The notes under the pieces are model-generated. The model was not told the DNA's origin, searched no databases, and saw nothing but the letters and a program-made list of their open reading frames with translations. A stretch of DNA of 56,327 nt, counting the filler, from Sluysia triapertura (taxonomy: Eukaryota), in the NCBI GenBank assembly GCA_046118255.1. It is 4 parts of 4 records of this genome, joined end to end, with 100 filler letters (N's around TTAATTAATTAA, not from the genome) between each part and the next. Parts side by side here need not be neighbours in the genome. Positions count along the whole stretch, not along the records: positions 45,047 to 56,327 come from JBJNIA010186436.1; 3 more parts are not named here. One strand, 5' to 3'. Numbering within the stretch: the stretch's first letter is position 1; every line of letters begins with the position of its first letter. The position numbers and the translations under genes are program-made. Of the stretch, positions 52,700 through 56,327 are shown piece by piece.

Positions 52700-53202
52700 C
52701 AGTGGTGGCCAAATTATTAGACTAAAGACCATTTTTGTGATAAAATCCAACATTTTTCAAAGATACCATGAAACTATTAATCAAATACATGTCATTTACA
52801 GGCAATTGCAGAAAGTGTAAAATGTTGGAAAATAACTACTTTCTCCGAAAAAATTCTGGTGAAAGTAAATTAATAGATAAAAATAATGAGATCCAAAACA
52901 TGCAGACATTTTATTCATATAGAATGATAAGGCAATTTACTACAAATCAAATATATACAAACTGTTGTATCATTACTTTGTTTGCCCTCCTTTGTTATCC
53001 AATAATTTCCTGATCCTTAAAGGCATGCCATGAATGAGCTTGGGTCACAGTCTTTGATCTCGTCATCGTGATGCCATACTTTCATCAGGGTTTCAATAAG
53101 TTCCGTCCTGGTGGTTTGTTTCTTGTCCAGGGTAGCAGCTTAACACCATGATATCGAAAAACATATTTTTCCTGTTTTAGTCTAATAATTTGGCCACCAC
53201 TG
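52700..53202 (-). mobile_element. Non-autonomous Tc1-like element (internal deletion derivative)
   Basis: Perfect 27-bp TIRs CAGTGGTGGCCAAATTATTAGACTAAA with TA on both flanks. Internal minus-strand transposase C-terminus TTRTELIETLMKVWHHD..LIHGMPLRIRKLLDNKGGQTK*. Confidence 0.9.
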
Positions 53203-53473
53203 TATTAAACATATTAAATTACAAATAGATTTAAATTTTTATCGTAAAATAAATAAGAGAAAAAATTGATTTTAAACTGTTTTTAAATATCTTATTATTA
53301 TTTTATATTTCTACGAAACAAACACTTAGAATAGGTCATTCGTCATATATTATGAAGATTTTTGTCTTCTTAAATATTTCCAGTCTCTTAGTGTTTCAGA
53401 TTTTTGAAAAAAATAGTATATAATTCATCATTTATCTTACTATCATAATGGATTCTGTATAAATTGTTATATC

Positions 53474-53640
53474 TTAACATGTTCGCTACCGGAGCTTGAG
53501 AAGAAAATCGTGTATCACATCCCACGGAAATTTTTCTTATGAAATGACTTTAAATAACACTGGATTTTTTAAATGAGAAAAAAGTGCAACACCTTATCAA
53601 AAACTGATCAGGTAGACACATCACACATTTATGACCCTGT
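53474..53640 (-). mobile_element. TTAA-type (piggyBac-like) MITE family B, copy 2
   Basis: Begins TTAA-CATGTTCGCTACC (the opposite TIR). Reverse-complement homologue of 32724-32886. Confidence 0.7.
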
Positions 53641-55826
53641 GTTCAAAAGCGAGAATTTATACGTGTTTAGTTTCTGCATTTTTATCGCCAAAAAATATTC
53701 AAGACTTTCATAACATTAGCATTGATTAATTACTATCATAATTTTGAATTCAACTATTCATTTTATTGGTAACGTGTATAATTATTTAAAATAATGTATT
53801 ATATGATATCATTTTAATTGAAAATTTATTCTTACTAATTACAAAAAATGATGCAACATACATTAAAAGACCATCATTTTTCATTTGTTATTTAATACCT
53901 CTTTTTGATCTTTTGCTTTCAAAAATCATAGATTATATATTACAATACAAAATTTAATTTGATTATTTAAAACTATAAATAGCTCTGTTTTTGAAAATGA
54001 AATAATCAAATTTTAACGAATTATATATATGAGGTTTTGAAAAATAAAATGCATACGCGTGTTTTAGGTAGTTTAAGTTAGGATTTAGTGTTTGCAAAAT
54101 GGAAATTATATTTAATAATGGATTTTGGTGGGATAAATGAACGTATAAATGAGCGATTATTTTATAGACAAATCAAGGAACTATAATATTTTTAAATTTA
54201 TATTAATTTGTCGACTACAAACGAAGGTAACGATAAACACTTACAAACTCAAAATAAATAAATGAAACAAGTTATAAAAAGTAAATTACACTTAAACTTA
54301 CTTAGACCTTTCTTAGCTCTATGCAGTGCTTAATAGAATTTAAATATTTCATCAACATCTGCGATACATTAAGTAAATTAATTTCGTTGTTAGGTTTTAT
54401 ATAAGATGTTTTTGGTACTGCAATATATTCATTGAATTTATTTAAATGCTTCTTGAGTACATTTTACTCAACTTTGTCAATATCAATTAATTTAGATCCA
54501 TATTTGTTCGGTATTGTCTCTGCTGTTTTTTTGAAAATATTTTTAGTTTTTCTTTTGAGAAATATATTTCATACGAAAAAAGTTTCTAGATTTATGATAA
54601 AAATTTTTTGCTTTTGTTAATTCAGTCGATTTTGGTAAAATCGGAATTGCATTATTAACTTGCATTGTATGAGAAAAGTAACTTGTTTTAATTTACGAGA
54701 ATGTAAAAGTTTTATATTCCAGTTGTATGCATACATAATAGATCAAATATCTGAATATGTCTATGTGGATATAAGATTTTATGAATGTATAAATAGCTAG
54801 GAAGAAATCATTTAGTCTTTATCATTGTGTTAGTAAATATTAATAACATTTTAAATGATATTAGTCATTTTAAATAAATCAGTGGAAGGTGAAACGCTAT
54901 GAATGCCAATTAAAAGTTTATTCATTGGTTATTTTTAAAAATGATAAATTCAGAATTATGATGTTTAAGAACCAGTATAATATATTTCTTAATCATTGAG
55001 AATTCTAACTGATTGTGTGTAACCGTGCACAGTTACATTTAAGATGGACGAATAAATCAACTAAACTTAACAACTAAACCATGTTTGAACCTGGAATTTT
55101 CCTGGCCTCAGTTATTTGAAGTACAGGTGATTCGTTATTTACGCATTGTAAGAGTGTATATAAAATTATTACAATTTTATGTAATAATTTTTCTAAACTA
55201 TTTTTCAAAAATTTCAAATGAATCTTTTATAACGATATCGAAATGATAAAGTAGATCTCCAAAATGATGGTGAAATGGAGAGACGACAAACCTATAAATT
55301 TTTGAGATGAATAAGCTAGAGTTTCAAAATAAAGGTTTAAAAAAGAATTAGAAAAATGTGGATCATTAATCATTATTTAATATTTGATAAGGAGTGTTAA
55401 TTGAATTATTTAATTGCACTATAAGAGATTTTTACAAAATATTAATAAATGTATTACCTAGTGTAATTGATGCATAAAATAAGAGGCGAACTAAAAGAAT
55501 AATGATAATGTGATACCACATTCAAAAATTAATTTTGGTTACAAATACATTTTAAGCTGTTATTGCGGTTATTAAATTATACTTCATTGTTTTATAATTT
55601 CGAACTATTAAAAATATACTTTTTGTAAAAAAAGAAATTTTATTTTAACAATTATGTGCTTAAAGCACTTAAAACTTAAAATTAAAACGTTGAAATCATT
55701 TTTTATGCCTCTGAGGCCTATTAACGTAAAAATAAGACAAAATTACTCTATTAGTATAATAAAATCCATGATGAATCAATAATGAACGTACGAAAGCGTT
55801 AAAACAAAAAGGAACAACAATAGTAA

Positions 55827-56327
55827 TTAATACTTCAATATGATAATCAAATTGTTCACGGAGTCTAACAAACCTCGCAGCGCGTCGCCAATCCATTGAC
55901 CATTTTCGGAACCTTCAACTGCTTCTATCGGAATCATACCTCGAGAATCATGTTTTAAATTTTCGGGAAATTGAGCTGGGAGAGGTTTCTTCCAGATTCT
56001 TTCACAGTACAATATATCCTTTCACATTTCGATGAATCAAACAATCAGTATAATAATCCGTTGCACGAAGTGCTGAAAAATTTTCACGGGCCATTGGCAC
56101 TGCTTTAAGTTTGATATCACAGTTGCCCGAAAACATGTTTGTTATTGCTGCCGAGTATAGTTCTCCACAAGCCAACCCACGAATTATTGATGAATATAAT
56201 CGAACGTTTCCCTTATCTTCCGCGTGATAATTGAATATTTTTTTACCTGGATTTTGAATAAATTCATAAAACATATCCCAAACGTCCTTCGTTATAAATT
56301 TAATTTGCTTTTCTTTTAAAAAATAAT
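55827..56327 (-). pseudogene. Unidentified coding segment, frameshifted, running off the window end
   Basis: Open frame from the window end (..KDVWDMFYEFIQNPG..RATDYYTDCLIHRNVKGY), then a shifted frame CERIWKKPLPAQFPENLKHDSRGMIPIEAV..WIGDALRGLL. GC visibly above background. Confidence 0.35.

Overview
Very AT-rich eukaryotic (metazoan-like) genomic DNA. It is made of four contigs (1-13920, 14021-25687, 25788-44946, 45047-56327) joined by an artificial 100-nt spacer (N44-TTAATTAATTAA-N44), so adjacency across the spacers is not biological. The only clearly intact gene is an intronless cAMP-dependent protein kinase regulatory subunit (19738-20841). It has an RII-like scaffold, an RI-like non-phosphorylatable inhibitor site (RRQGV) and a PKG-like Thr in the second phosphate-binding cassette. 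The rest is a graveyard of decayed mobile elements: Tc3/Tc1/mariner, piggyBac and TTAA-MITEs, pogo/Tigger-like and hAT MITEs, and Gypsy, BEL/Pao and Copia relics. Most notable is a decayed Polinton/Maverick (adintovirus-like) capsid module (penton plus major capsid, ~41.5-43.0 kb), invisible in the ORF track. A Polinton-type integrase relic (~16.2-16.4 kb) lies next to a dense cluster of short hairpins. There are also isolated host-gene pieces: a LEDGF/HDGFL2 integrase-binding-domain exon, a disabled NAA15/16 fragment, an FN3 exon and several unidentified exons. All family calls come from manual translation and recalled motifs, not database searches.
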